Source: Tubiluchus corallicola (Eukaryota; Animalia; Priapulida). From it: a stretch of DNA of 26,602 bases. The translations under genes and the position numbers were made by a program. Shown here in pieces: positions 1 to 10,896 of this stretch (the stretch's first letter is position 1; every line of letters starts with the position of its first letter). Under the pieces are notes generated by a model. That model did no database searches, was not told the DNA's origin, and saw only the letters and a list, made by a program, of their open reading frames with translations. Location of the stretch: positions 1-26,602 of the forward strand of contig JAQGDQ010001756.1 in the NCBI GenBank assembly GCA_030141605.1, given 5' to 3'.

Positions 1-707
1 AGCTGACAAGTTTTACTACAAGATTACATTAGACATTAGTAACATTTACAGTAAGAATAGACTATAACTACACAAGCTGACAAGTTTTACTACAAGATTA
101 CATTAGATATTAGTAACATTTACAGTAAGAATAGACTATAACTACACAAGCTGACAAGTTTTACTACAAGATTACATTAGATATTAGTAACATTTACAGT
201 AAGAATAGACTATAACTACACAAGCTGACAAGTTTTACTACAAGATTACATTAGACATTAGTAACATTTACAGTAAGAATAGACTATAACTACACAAGCT
301 GACAAGTTTTACTACAAGATTACATTAGATATTAGTAACATTTGCAGTAAGAATAGACTATAACTACACAAGCTGACAAGTTTTACTACAAGATTACATT
401 AGATATTAGTAACATTTACAGTAAGAATTGACTATAACTACACAAGCTGACAAGTTTTGCTACAAGATTACATTAGACATTAGTAACATTTGCAGTAAGA
501 ATAGACTATAACTACACAAGCTGACAAGTTTTACTACAAGATTACATTAGATATTAGTAACATTTGCAGTAAGAATAGACTATAACTACACAAGCTGACA
601 AGTTTTACTACAAGATTACATTAGATATTAGTAACATTTACAGTAAGAATAGACTATAACTACACAAGCTGACAAGTTTTATTACAAAATTACATTAGAC
701 ATTAGTA
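1..707. repeat. Tandem repeat, 74-bp unit, ~9.5 copies (runs off the left edge), probably intronic in ALDH4A1
   Basis: AGCTGACAAGTTTTACTACAAGATTACATTAG... restarts at 1, 75, ... 667 with few substitutions. Confidence 0.97.
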
Positions 708-1011
708 GAAAATGACGGTTAGAAAATATTAACGTACGAATATTTAAGACTGACGCATTTCATATCAGATAGAAACTACTGGAAGCGTTTAGTAAGTCAT
801 ATAAAGTCATGTATGCATTGGAATATTTTACAGTTAGCAACATAGTTAAATTCATCTTTTCCGAATAATAACAACTTCAACAGATCATTAGTTCCTATCT
901 CAATGATATTAAGGTTTTCGGGCAGAAGTATTTCATTTAGTTTATGAAACATAACAACGCTACTTGGTTAGCTATCGTAATCGCATCCTGGCTTTAGTGA
1001 TCACGCGCTGC

Positions 1012-1491
1012 TTAAAGGACAAGGAAACGGATACCCGAATAAGGTTTTAGAAAAATCGCTTTTTAAAAAATTATATTGCTTTATGGCAATTTTATGCACA
1101 ATTGAAATTTTAGTCGCGTTGAACGGAATTCTTGTTTGTTTTCATTTTAAATCTCCTGCAATATTGTTCCGACGACGCCATTACATGACGTCACTAAAAC
1201 ACGTAAATCAGGGGAAGAAAAGGAAATGTTAAATTATGACCCAAAAAACTTTCCATGCAAATCTATATTACTTAGCTTTTTGCTTACCTGCTGGAAAGAC
1301 TATGCAACTAAAATAATAATTTAAAATGTTTGTGCCAATTGGTAAAATGTCGCTGACTCGCCCTCCGGGGTGCGCCACTCACTAGCCAAAAACGTATTTT
1401 TAACCTTATTGACAAGATGCAGTAATTTTAAATTTTACTTAGTTAGTAACGTGTGCGCTAAGAATGTTCTGATTATTTTTTCAAACTTTAC
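1012..1491 (+). mobile_element. Dispersed repeat, copy 1 (non-autonomous DNA-transposon-like, possibly Kolobok-type)
   Basis: Colinear with 13511-13980 (shared blocks such as AAAAGGAAATGTTAAATTATG, AAAAACTTTCCATGCAAATCTATATTACTTAGC, GGGTGCGCCACTC). Begins TTAA|AGG. The family assignment is tentative because no right TIR was found. Confidence 0.65.
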
Positions 1492-1616
1492 TGGTGTCAT
1501 GGAAACTTGTTTCAAACGTCACTAATTCAAGGTCAAAGCTAACTTTCATATTATGGCTTCATAGGTTAAATTATTTGCATGTTACAATGCACCACATGCA
1601 ATCGTCTACGAATTTC

Positions 1617-1834
1617 GATTGATTGATTTATTTCGAACTTCACAAACTTCATATACACATCACAAATTAATATAAATAATAAAATAAATGATGACACACA
1701 ACAATAACCCACATAACAACAGTCAGCGATATAACAAACTACGCCAATGACGTCTAATTACAGAAGTAAAGTTTACATCACTGTTTAAAATGCTCTTGCA
1801 TATAAAATTTTCACTGTTATTCAGCCTGACGTAT

Positions 1835-1838
<4 letters not shown>
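1617..1838 (-). mobile_element. Short 3'-end copy of the same LINE as 2113-2682
   Basis: Near-copy of ~2134-2341 (last ORF2 codons plus 3' UTR); on the - strand it ends AATAAA followed by a (TCAA)n tail. Confidence 0.8.
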
Positions 1839-2112
<274 letters not shown>

Positions 2113-2682
2113 TGTAGATTTAGATTTAATATTTTATTTCAAACTTTAAAAAGTTCATATACACATCACAAATTAATACAAATAATACAATAAATTATGA
2201 CACACAACAATAACACAAATAACAATTAACTATATAACAAACTACGCCAATGACATCTAATTGCAGAAGTAAAGTTTGCATCACTGTTTAAAATGTTCTT
2301 GCATATAAAATTTTCACTCTTATTCAGCCTGACGTATAAACTGTATGCACATTTTCTGCGAATAACATCAAAATAAATAATATTAAGTCTAGTAGAAATA
2401 TATCTTGCGCTCGTATCATATGAAAAGTTAAACAGCTTCCGTGTTGATACATTATATGCAACCTTGAGTTTGCTAAGATTGTAAGAATAAAAATGTCTCC
2501 AAGTGGACATACAATAAAAAGTAGTGCAGTAAGCATTAAACAATTGTCTCTTCACGTTAACTGAACAGTGAGTAAATTTCATGAGTAATTTATTTGCTCT
2601 ACCGTAGTAAATTGAACATCGTCGTAATATATCTAAATCATCTGTATTGTCTTCTGATAAAATATGACCCAGATATTTTTCC
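2113..2682 (-). mobile_element. 5'-truncated non-LTR retrotransposon (LINE, RTE-X/Proto2-like): ORF2 C-terminus plus 3' UTR
   Basis: ORF 2226..2789(-) contains KYLGHIL...DDLDI...YGRANKL..KF..CS..VK..LF.AYC..FY....W...LKVAYN...RKL, typical of the RT thumb and C-terminal region. Stop at 2226, then AATAAA and an (AAATCT)-like tail. Codons upstream of KYLG do not look LINE-derived. Confidence 0.85.
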
Positions 2683-3530
2683 TTTTTACTAGGGTACAAA
2701 ACTTTCACACTGAATAAATTGACCTTGTTCTTTTTCAGTATATTCCAATGGTTGTGGCGCGAAGTCGGGAACAAAATAGAGAATTTCAACTGTTATCCTC
2801 GGTTAATCGGAGGTAATGCACATTTGTTTGACCGTTTTTGTTGAGTGACTAGTGAAATTATCAAATTAGATACCTGAGCTTGCAAAGCAAAATCATCCTT
2901 AAGTCGGCATAGTTACAAAAACGTTATGACGCTTCAAAGTAGAAAGACCCAAAATATGGTCAAATGTCAGTTTTTCATTTTTGATAAAAACCAATGGCAA
3001 ATATATTGGACTTTTATATTCTGGCACCAAATTCATGTTCAAAAACACTAAAAATTTAATTTTATAACTCCTTACCCACTTTTCTGTCTAGAATCTTGTA
3101 CTACAATTAAAAAAATCAAAATTTTATTTTTAAACTCTGATTGTAGCTCGTGGAAGCCGCCATTTTGCTTCGGGTTTTTTCTATTGCCAGGCCCAGATCT
3201 TCATCAGGAAGAGCCATCTACTGGATTTAAACATAACTTCATTGTGTTCTTGCAAAGTCTCTAGCAACCAACATGTGGCCGAGAGTTAGCTGTAAAAAAC
3301 ATGTCTTCTTCCTGGCCAAAACAACAATATTATCACCATTATTATTGCATTTTATGTTTTAAATTTAAAATTAACTTTTAATGTGACTGTGTCAGGTAAA
3401 TGTATGTACAATTCCAGGCCAGGTGTGCCACAAAAAATATTATCCCGGGCCGGGAATTGAACTTGCGGCCATCTAACTAAAACTCGATTCAAATAAAGAA
3501 ACTTTTCCTATCACGTCTCCTTGTTTGCAG

Positions 3531-3727
3531 AGTGCGGCGGAAAGAATTACCATCTGGTCCTGAAATCGGCCGACCTGGAGTCGGTGGCCAACGGAACAAT
3601 CCGGGCAGCGTTCGAGTACCAGGGACAGAAGTGCTCCGCCTGTTCCAGGATGTACGTCCCCCGGGCGCAGTGGCCGGAACTCAGGGAAAAATTGATATCA
3701 AAGCACAAAGAGATCAAAATGGGATCG
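3531..3727 (+). CDS. ALDH4A1: Delta-1-pyrroline-5-carboxylate dehydrogenase, internal exon with catalytic Glu and Cys
   Basis: ttgtttgcag| acceptor and |gtatga donor; encodes (E)CGGKNYHLV...AFEYQGQKCSACSRMYVP...EIKMGS, the P5CDH signature; 197 nt, phase 1 to 0. Upstream exons were not found in the window. Confidence 0.96.
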
Positions 3728-3770
3728 GTATGAAATTAAATTAATGTTATAGTTTAAATGGATGTTTGTA

Positions 3771-4119
3771 ATTATTATTGTTATTGTTACTGTTACTGTT
3801 ACTATTATTATTATTATTGTTACTGTTACTATTATTATTATTATTACTGTTACTGTTACTATTATTATTATTATTATTACTGTTACTATTATTATTATTA
3901 TTATTACTGTTACTATTACTATTATTATTATTATTATTATTACTGTTACTATTACTATTATTATTATTACTGTTACTATTACTATTATTATTATTATTAC
4001 TGTTACTATTACTATTATTATTATTACTGTTACTATTACTATTATTATTATTATTATTGTAATATTATTATTATTATTGCTGTTACTATTACTATTATTA
4101 TTATTACTGTTACTATTAC

Positions 4120-4158
<39 letters not shown>

Positions 4159-4240
4159 TGTTACTATTATTATTATTATTATTACTGTTACTGTTACTAT
4201 TATTATTATTGTAATATTATTATTATTATTATTATTATTA
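3771..4240. repeat. Compound (TAT)n/(TAC,TGT) trinucleotide microsatellite
   Basis: Direct reading; explains the poly-Y/I/L ORFs. Confidence 0.97.
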
Positions 4241-4451
4241 ACATTAGTAAATTATTGTTTATTGCTCAACTTACTGTCAGTAATTTTTGACATGATTTTT
4301 GTTTTTGAATTTAATCATTCTGATTATCATCACCTTTTTACTTCAAGTGCAAATGTCCCACATCAAAAAAATTTACTTTATTTTACATCATTTTTACTCA
4401 GATTACATTTCAACTGCAGTAACTTTATTAGACAGCATTGGGGAATGCTTA

Positions 4452-4745
4452 GGCCCAGTTCACACTTTTGCTCACTTATAACTCGCAAAATTTGTTTGCT
4501 TCTTCGTTTTCCTGAAGTCAAAATTATGTTAAAATTTCCTTACTCGAGGCGCCGTCACACTAGCGTTTTCTCCCCAAGTAACTCGCGAGCGTGTTCAGAC
4601 TAGAGAACAAAACTTGCTCCAAGTTACTCTTCAATAGTAAGAGCGAACTCATACTCACTACTCAGTTCACTGCGTCTAGAGTAACTCACCAATTAACTAG
4701 CAAGCATGTTCAGACTATAAAGTTAAACTTGTTGCGAGTTACTCT
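4452..4745 (+). mobile_element. PIF/Harbinger-like non-autonomous element, left-end fragment
   Basis: TTA|GGCCCAGTTCACAC start; internal GTTCAGACTA/GTAACTCGC repeats; similar to 15315-15617. Confidence 0.5.
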
Positions 4746-4871
4746 ATTACGTGCATGATATTGTTCCACATGTGAGCCATGAGGTACAGCACAGCACAAT
4801 GCAAAAATGTTTTCGTTGTTTAAATGTTAAAGTTTTGAAAGTTTTGTAAACGTATTTGTCTCTCTTTTCAG

Positions 4872-4916
4872 CCGCTGGATTTTGAAAATTTCATGTCGGC
4901 AGTAATCGATGAAAAC
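4872..4916 (+). CDS. ALDH4A1: ALDH4A1 45-nt exon (PLDFENFMSAVIDEN)
   Basis: tctcttttcag| and |gtaagt; phase 0/0; matches the P5CDH 'P..DF..F.SAVID' segment. Confidence 0.93.
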
Positions 4917-5130
4917 GTAAGTTGATAATATCAAAGTTTATTGACTCAACACACACCGGACAAAAAACTAATCGTATTGAAGTATTTCCTGCGCATTTTT
5001 TAAACAGACCAATGTATCATCGTATCCAATGATCATCCAATGTATCATCGTTATCAACGGATGCTAATCACATCTATTGTAGACATTGGACCGGCAGAAC
5101 AACAGAAATCTGCCCTTGAGGCAGGTAATC

Positions 5131-7769
5131 ACAGACAGGTAAACCCAGACAGGTAAACGCAGACTGATAAACGCAGACAGGCAAATGCAGACAGGTAAAC
5201 GCAGACAGGTACGCGGACTGGTAAACGCAGACTGATAAACGCAGACAGGCAAATGCAGACAGGTAAACGCAGGCAGGCAAATGCGGACAGGTAAACGCGG
5301 ACAGGTAAACGCAGGCAGGTAAACGCAGACAGGTAAACGCAGACAGGCAAACGCGGACAGGTAAACGCAGGCAGGTAAACGCAGACAGGTAAACGCAGAC
5401 TGGTAAACGCAGACAGGTAAACGCGGACAGGTAAACGCAGGCAGGCAAATGCAGACAGGTAAACGCAGACAGGTAAACGCGGACAGGTAAACGCAGACTG
5501 GTAAACGCAGACAGGTAAACGCAGACAGGTAAACGCAGACAGGTAAACGCAGACAGGTAAACGCAGACTGATAAACGCAGACTGGTAAACGCAGACAGGT
5601 AAACGCAGACTGGTAAACGCAGGCAGGCAAATGCAGACAGGTAAACGCGGACAGGTAAACGCGGACAGGTAAACGCAGACTGGTAAACGCAGACAGGTAA
5701 ACGCAGACAGGTAAACGCAGACAGGTAAACGCAGACAGGTAAACGCAGACTGATAAACGCAGACTGGTAAACGCAGACAGGTAAACGCAGACTGGTAAAC
5801 GCAGGCAGGCAAATGCAGACAGGTAAACGCGGACAGGTAAACGCGGACAGGTAAACGCAGACTGGTAAACGCAGACAGGTAAACGCAGACAGGTAAACGC
5901 AGACAGGTAAACGCAGACAGGTAAACGCAGACTGATAAACGCAGACTGGTAAACGCAGACAGGTAAACGCAGACTGGTAAACGCAGGCAGGCAAATGCAG
6001 ACAGGTAAACGCGGACAGGTAAACGCGGACAGGTAAACGCAGACTGGTAAACGCAGACAGGTAAACGCAGACAGGTAAACGCAGACAGGTAAACGCAGAC
6101 AGGTAAACGCAGACTGATAAACGCAGACTGGTAAACGCAGACAGGTAAACGCAGACTGGTAAACGCAGGCAGGCAAATGCAGACAGGTAAACGCGGACAG
6201 GTAAACGCGGACAGGTAAACGCAGACTGGTAAACGCAGACAGGTAAACGCAGACAGGTAAACGCAGACAGGTAAACGCAGACAGGTAAACGCAGACTGAT
6301 AAACGCAGACAGGTAAACGCAGACAGGTAAACGCAGACTGGTAAACGCAGGCAGGCAAATGCAGACAGGTAAACGCGGACAGGTAAACGCGGACAGGTAA
6401 ACGCAGACAGGTAAACGCGGACAGGTAAACGCAGACTGGTAAACGCAGACTGGTAAACGCGGACAGGCAAACGCGGACAGGCAAACGCAGACTGGTAAAC
6501 GCAGACAGGTAAACGCAGACTGGTAAACGCAGACAGGCAAATGCGGACAGGTAAACGCAGACAGGTAAACGCAGACTGATAAACGCAGACTGGTAAACGC
6601 AGACTGGTAAACGCAGACAGGCAAATGCGGACAGGTAAACGCAGACAGGTAAACGCAGACTGATAAACGCAGACTGGTAAATGCAGACAGGTAAACGCAG
6701 ACTGGTAAATGCAGACAGGTAAACGCAGACTGGTAAACGCGAACAGGTAAACGCAGACAGGCAAACGCGGACAGGTAAACGCAGACAGGCAAATGCGGAC
6801 AGGTAAACGCGGACAGGTAAACGCGGACTGGTAAACGCGGACAGGTAAACGCAGACTGGTAAACGCGGACAGGCAAACGCGGACAGGCAAACGCGGACAG
6901 GCAAACGCAGACTGGTAAACGCAGACAGGTAAACGCAGACAGGTAAACGCGGACAGGTAAACGCGGACTGGTAAACGCAGACAGGCAAATGCGGACAGGT
7001 AAACGCGGACAGGTAAACGCAGACTGGTAAACGCAGACAGGTAAACGCAGACTGGTAAACGCAGACTGGTAAACGCGGACAGGTAAACGCAGGCAGGTAA
7101 ACGCAGACTGGTAAACGCAGACAGGCAAATGCGGACAGGTAAACGCGGACAGGTAAACGCAGACTGGTAAACGCGGACAGGTAAACGCGGACAGGCAAAC
7201 GCGGGCAGGCAAACGCGGGCAGGCAAACGCGGGCAGGCAAACGCGGGCAGGCAAACGCGGGCAGGCAAACGCGGGCAGGCAAACGCGGGCATGTAAACAC
7301 GGACAGGTGACAGACAAACTCAGACAGGCAAACTCAGACAGGCAAACGCAGACAGGTAAACGCAGACAGGTAAATGCAGCCAAGCAAATGCAGACAGGCA
7401 AACTCAGACAGGTAAACGCAGACAGGTAAACACAGACAGGCAAACGCAGTCAGGCAAATGCAGACAGGTAAACGCAGACAGGTAAACACAGACAGGTAAA
7501 CGCAGTCAGGCAAACACAGACAGGTAAACACAGACAGGTAAACGCAGACAGGTAAATGCAGACAGGTAAACACAGACAGGCAAACGCAGACAGGTAAATG
7601 AAGACAGGCAAACACAGACAGGCAAACGCAGACAGGTAAATGCAGACAGGTAAACGCAGCCAAGCAAATGCAGACAGGCAAACTCAGACAGGTAAACGCA
7701 GACAGGTAAACACAGTCAGGCAAACACAGACAGGCAAATGCAGACAGGCAAACACAGACAGGTAAACGC
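5131..7769. repeat. 14-bp minisatellite (CAGACAGGTAAACG)n, ~2.6 kb, with a 182-bp higher-order repeat
   Basis: Direct reading; the rare variant ACTGATAAAC recurs at 5567, 5749, 5931, 6113 and 6295. Confidence 0.97.
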
Positions 7770-8026
7770 TGCTACGCCAGTGGCTTGTCAGCACCACTTT
7801 CGAGTTAAAACCAATGTAATACTCAAGGTAAAAACTGAGTTAAAATCATGAGACTCAGAAAAATCGTGAGAATTAAATATCTGCACTTTTTTACTCCTAC
7901 ATTTTGTTTTCCCTTTTGACATCAGCACTACTCATAGGCTTCTGTCTGTTGCTCTATTTCGCCATCTGTAGTCTTTTCTGTTAAACAAATGCGAAGAGCT
8001 GATCTTTAAACCTTACTGTATTTCAG

Positions 8027-8112
8027 GCTTTTAATGATATAACGTCACACATTGATTTTGCCAAATCTAGTCCTGACATGGAGATTGTAGCCGGCGGCGG
8101 TTATGATAAAAG
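8027..8112 (+). CDS. ALDH4A1: ALDH4A1 exon (AFNDITSHIDFAKSSPDMEIVAGGGYDK)
   Basis: tatttcag| and |gtgagt; 86 nt, phase 0 to 2. Confidence 0.92.
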
Positions 8113-8126
8113 GTGAGTGACTTAGT

Positions 8127-8474
8127 GGTTGCTGGTTCGATTCCAGGCTTAATCATTTTGCTTTTTCATATTATGCTGACAGTAATATTGTGTAATGGTT
8201 GCTGGTTCGATTCCAGGTTAAATCACTTTGCTTTTTCATATTATGCTGACAATAATATTGTGTAATGGTTGCTGGTTCGATTCCAGGCTAAATCACTTTG
8301 CTTTTTCATATTATGCTGACAATAATATTGTGTAATGGTTGCTGGTTCGATTCCAGGCTAAATCACTTTGCTTTTTCATATTATGCTGACAATAATATTG
8401 TGTAACGGTTGCTGGTTCGATTCCAGGCTAAATCACTTTGCTTCTTCATATTATGCTGACAATAATATTGTGTG
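8127..8474 (+). repeat. Tandem repeat, 70-bp unit x5, each with a tRNA T-arm/B-box-like motif
   Basis: GGTTGCTGGTTCGATTCCAGG starts at 8127, 8197, 8267, 8337 and 8407. Confidence 0.95.
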
Positions 8475-8867
8475 CTTGTGTAGCAAAATCGTCCATAAAT
8501 CGGCAATTAAGCTTTTCTAGTTATTCACATATCCCGAATCTCCATTTCATGAGGATCATTTTAATACCAAGTTCATCGCTCTATGTTAATTTCAAGCTGA
8601 GATAATCCGGTGTTGTGTTGTTGTTGTTGTTGCTGCTGCTGTCGCTGTTGTTGTTGTTATGTCAGGCTATGTGTATTTACTTACGTAAGTTTTCGCTCTG
8701 CGATAGCTTTCTATGTTGTTACCTACATAGTCGTTGATTATTTAAAGTTTTTCTATAGCTTCTACATAATATAAATGTATAAAAGGAAAGACAAAACGCT
8801 TTTTGATATGTAAATCTTTTTTCCTAAATTTCGCTGTCTTTCATATCGTCTTTTTTTTAATTTTTAG

Positions 8868-8934
8868 CAAAGGTTATTTCATAGAACCAACAATAATTGA
8901 GACAAGGGACCCTTATGACAAGATAATGAAAACG
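8868..8934 (+). CDS. ALDH4A1: ALDH4A1 exon ((S)KGYFIEPTIIETRDPYDKIMKT)
   Basis: ttttttttaatttttag| and |gtgagt; 67 nt, phase 2 to 0; ALDH GYF(I/V)EPT motif. Confidence 0.95.
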
Positions 8935-9010
8935 GTGAGTGTTTTTATCAGAGTTTAATTAAGGAATCTAACGGATCACTAATTATTTTCTGCAAGTAAT
9001 TAAAGTTATT

Positions 9011-10852
9011 CAGTATGTTGGGTTTATGTTACTGTTATCACTTAAACTGTTTGTGGTGTGCTAAAGGAAAGAACAAGTCACTCAGTATGTTGGGTTTATT
9101 TTACTGTTATCACTTAAACTGTTTGTGGTGTGCTAAAGGAAAGATCAAGTCACTCAGTATGTTGGGTTTATTTTACTGTTATCACTTAAACTGTTTGTGG
9201 TGTGCTAAAGGAAAGAACAAGTCACTCAGTATGTTGTTTATTTTACTGTTATCACTTAAACTGTTTGTGGTGTGCTAAAGGAAAGAACAAGTCACTCAGT
9301 ATGTTGGGTTTATTTTACTGTTATCACTTAAACTGTTTGTGGTGTGCTAAAGGAAAGAACAAGTCACTCAGTATGTTGGGTTTATTTTACTGTTATCACT
9401 TAAACTGTTTGTGGTGTGCTAAAGGAAAGAACAAGTCACTCAGTATGTTTGGTTTATTTTACTGTTATCACTTAAACTGTTTGTGGCGTGCTAAAGGAAA
9501 GAACAGGTCACTCAGCACGTTGGGTTTATGTTACTGTTACTTAAAATGTTTGTGGTGTGCTAAAGAAAAGAACAAGTCACTCAGTATGTTGGGTTTATTT
9601 TACCGTTATCACTCAAACTGTTTGTGGTGTGCTAAAGGAAAGAACAAGTCACTCAGTATGCTGGGTTTATTTTACTGTTATCACTTAAACTGTTTGTGGT
9701 GTGCTAAAGGAAAGAACAAGTCACTCAGTATGCTGGGTTTATTTTACTGTTATCACTTAAACTGTTTGTGGTGTGCTAAAGGAAAGAACAAGTCACTCAG
9801 TATGTTGGGTTTATTTTACTGTTATCACTTAAACTGTTTGTGGTGTGCTAAAGGAAAGAACAAGTCACTCAGTATGCTGGGTTTATTTTACTATTATCAC
9901 TTAAACTGTTTGTGGTGTGCTAAAGGAAAGAACAAGTCACTCAGTATGTTGGGTTTATTTTACTATTATCACTTAAACTGTTTGTGGTGTGCTAAAGGAA
10001 AGAACAAGTCACTCAGTATGTTGGGTTTATTTTACTGTTATCACTTAAACTGTTTGTGGTGTGCTAAAGGAAAGAACAAGTCACTCAGTATGTTGGGTTT
10101 ATTTTACTGTTATCACTTAAACTGTTTGTGGTGTGCTAAAGGAAAGAAGTCACTCAGTATGTTGGGTTTATTTTACTGTTATCACTTAAACTGTTTGTGG
10201 TGTGCTAGAGGAAAGAACAAGTCACTCAGCATGTTGGGTTTATTTTACTGTTATCACTTAAACTGTTTGTGATGTGCTAGAGGAAAGAAGTCACTTAGCA
10301 TGTTGGGTTTATTTTACTGTTATCACTTAAACTGTTTGTGATGTGCTAGAGGAAAGAAGTCACTCAGTATGTTGGGTTTATTTTACTGTTATCACTTAAA
10401 CTGTTTGTGATGTGCTAGAGGAAAGAACAAGTCACTCAGCATGTTGGGTTTATTTTACTGTTATCACTGAAACTGTTTGTGATGTGCTAGAGGAAAGAAG
10501 TCACTCAGTATGTTGGGTTTATTTTACTGTTATCACTTAAACTGTTTGTGGTGTGCTAAAGGAAAGAACAAGTCACTCAGTATGTTGGGTTTATTTTACT
10601 GTTATCACTTAAACTGTTTGTGGTGTGCTAAAGGAAAGAACAAGTCACTCAGTATGTTGGGTTTATTTTACTGTTATCACTTAAACTGTTTGTGGTGTGC
10701 TAAAGGAAAGAAGTCACTTAGTATGTTGGGTTTATTTTACTGTTATCACTTAAACTGTTTGTGGTGTGCTAAAGGAAAGAACAAGTCACTCAGTATGTTG
10801 GGTTTATTTTACTGTTATCACTTAAACTGTTTGTGGTGTGCTAAAGGAAAGA
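9011..10852. repeat. Tandem repeat, 72-bp unit (some 69-bp variants), ~26 copies
   Basis: CAGTATGTTGGGTTTATTTTACTGTTATCACTTAAACTG...GAACAAGTCACT repeated; ends abruptly mid-unit. Confidence 0.97.
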
Positions 10853-10871
10853 CTGTATTCGGTCAGGATAG
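10853..10871 (+). CDS. ALDH4A1: Remnant 3' end of an ALDH4A1 exon ((A)VFGQD-R); 5' part missing
   Basis: CT GTA TTC GGT CAG GAT AG|gtacgt corresponds to the conserved GAVFSQD segment; the phase-2 donor fits the acceptor at 13377. Confidence 0.8.
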
Positions 10872-10896
10872 GTACGTATTCTAGACAATGCAACGT

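Noticed and set aside
3443-3478. tRNA/SINE-like fragment on the - strand (GCAAGTTCAATTCCCGGCCCGGG)
   Set aside because: Degenerate B box only; too short to support a call.
3758-4603. Poly-Tyr, poly-Ile and poly-Leu ORFs
   Set aside because: Trinucleotide microsatellite.
5064-7723. Three 720-790 aa ORFs and a 129-aa ORF on the - strand
   Set aside because: Translations of a stop-free 14-bp minisatellite, open in all frames and antisense within an intron.
8127-8200. tRNA gene
   Set aside because: Only a T-arm-like piece; no acceptor, D or anticodon stems found.
9015-10884. Cys/His-rich 24-aa repeat ORFs resembling zinc-binding repeats
   Set aside because: Product of the 72-bp DNA repeat, with frameshifted and stop-containing units; only the terminal VFGQDR is real coding sequence.
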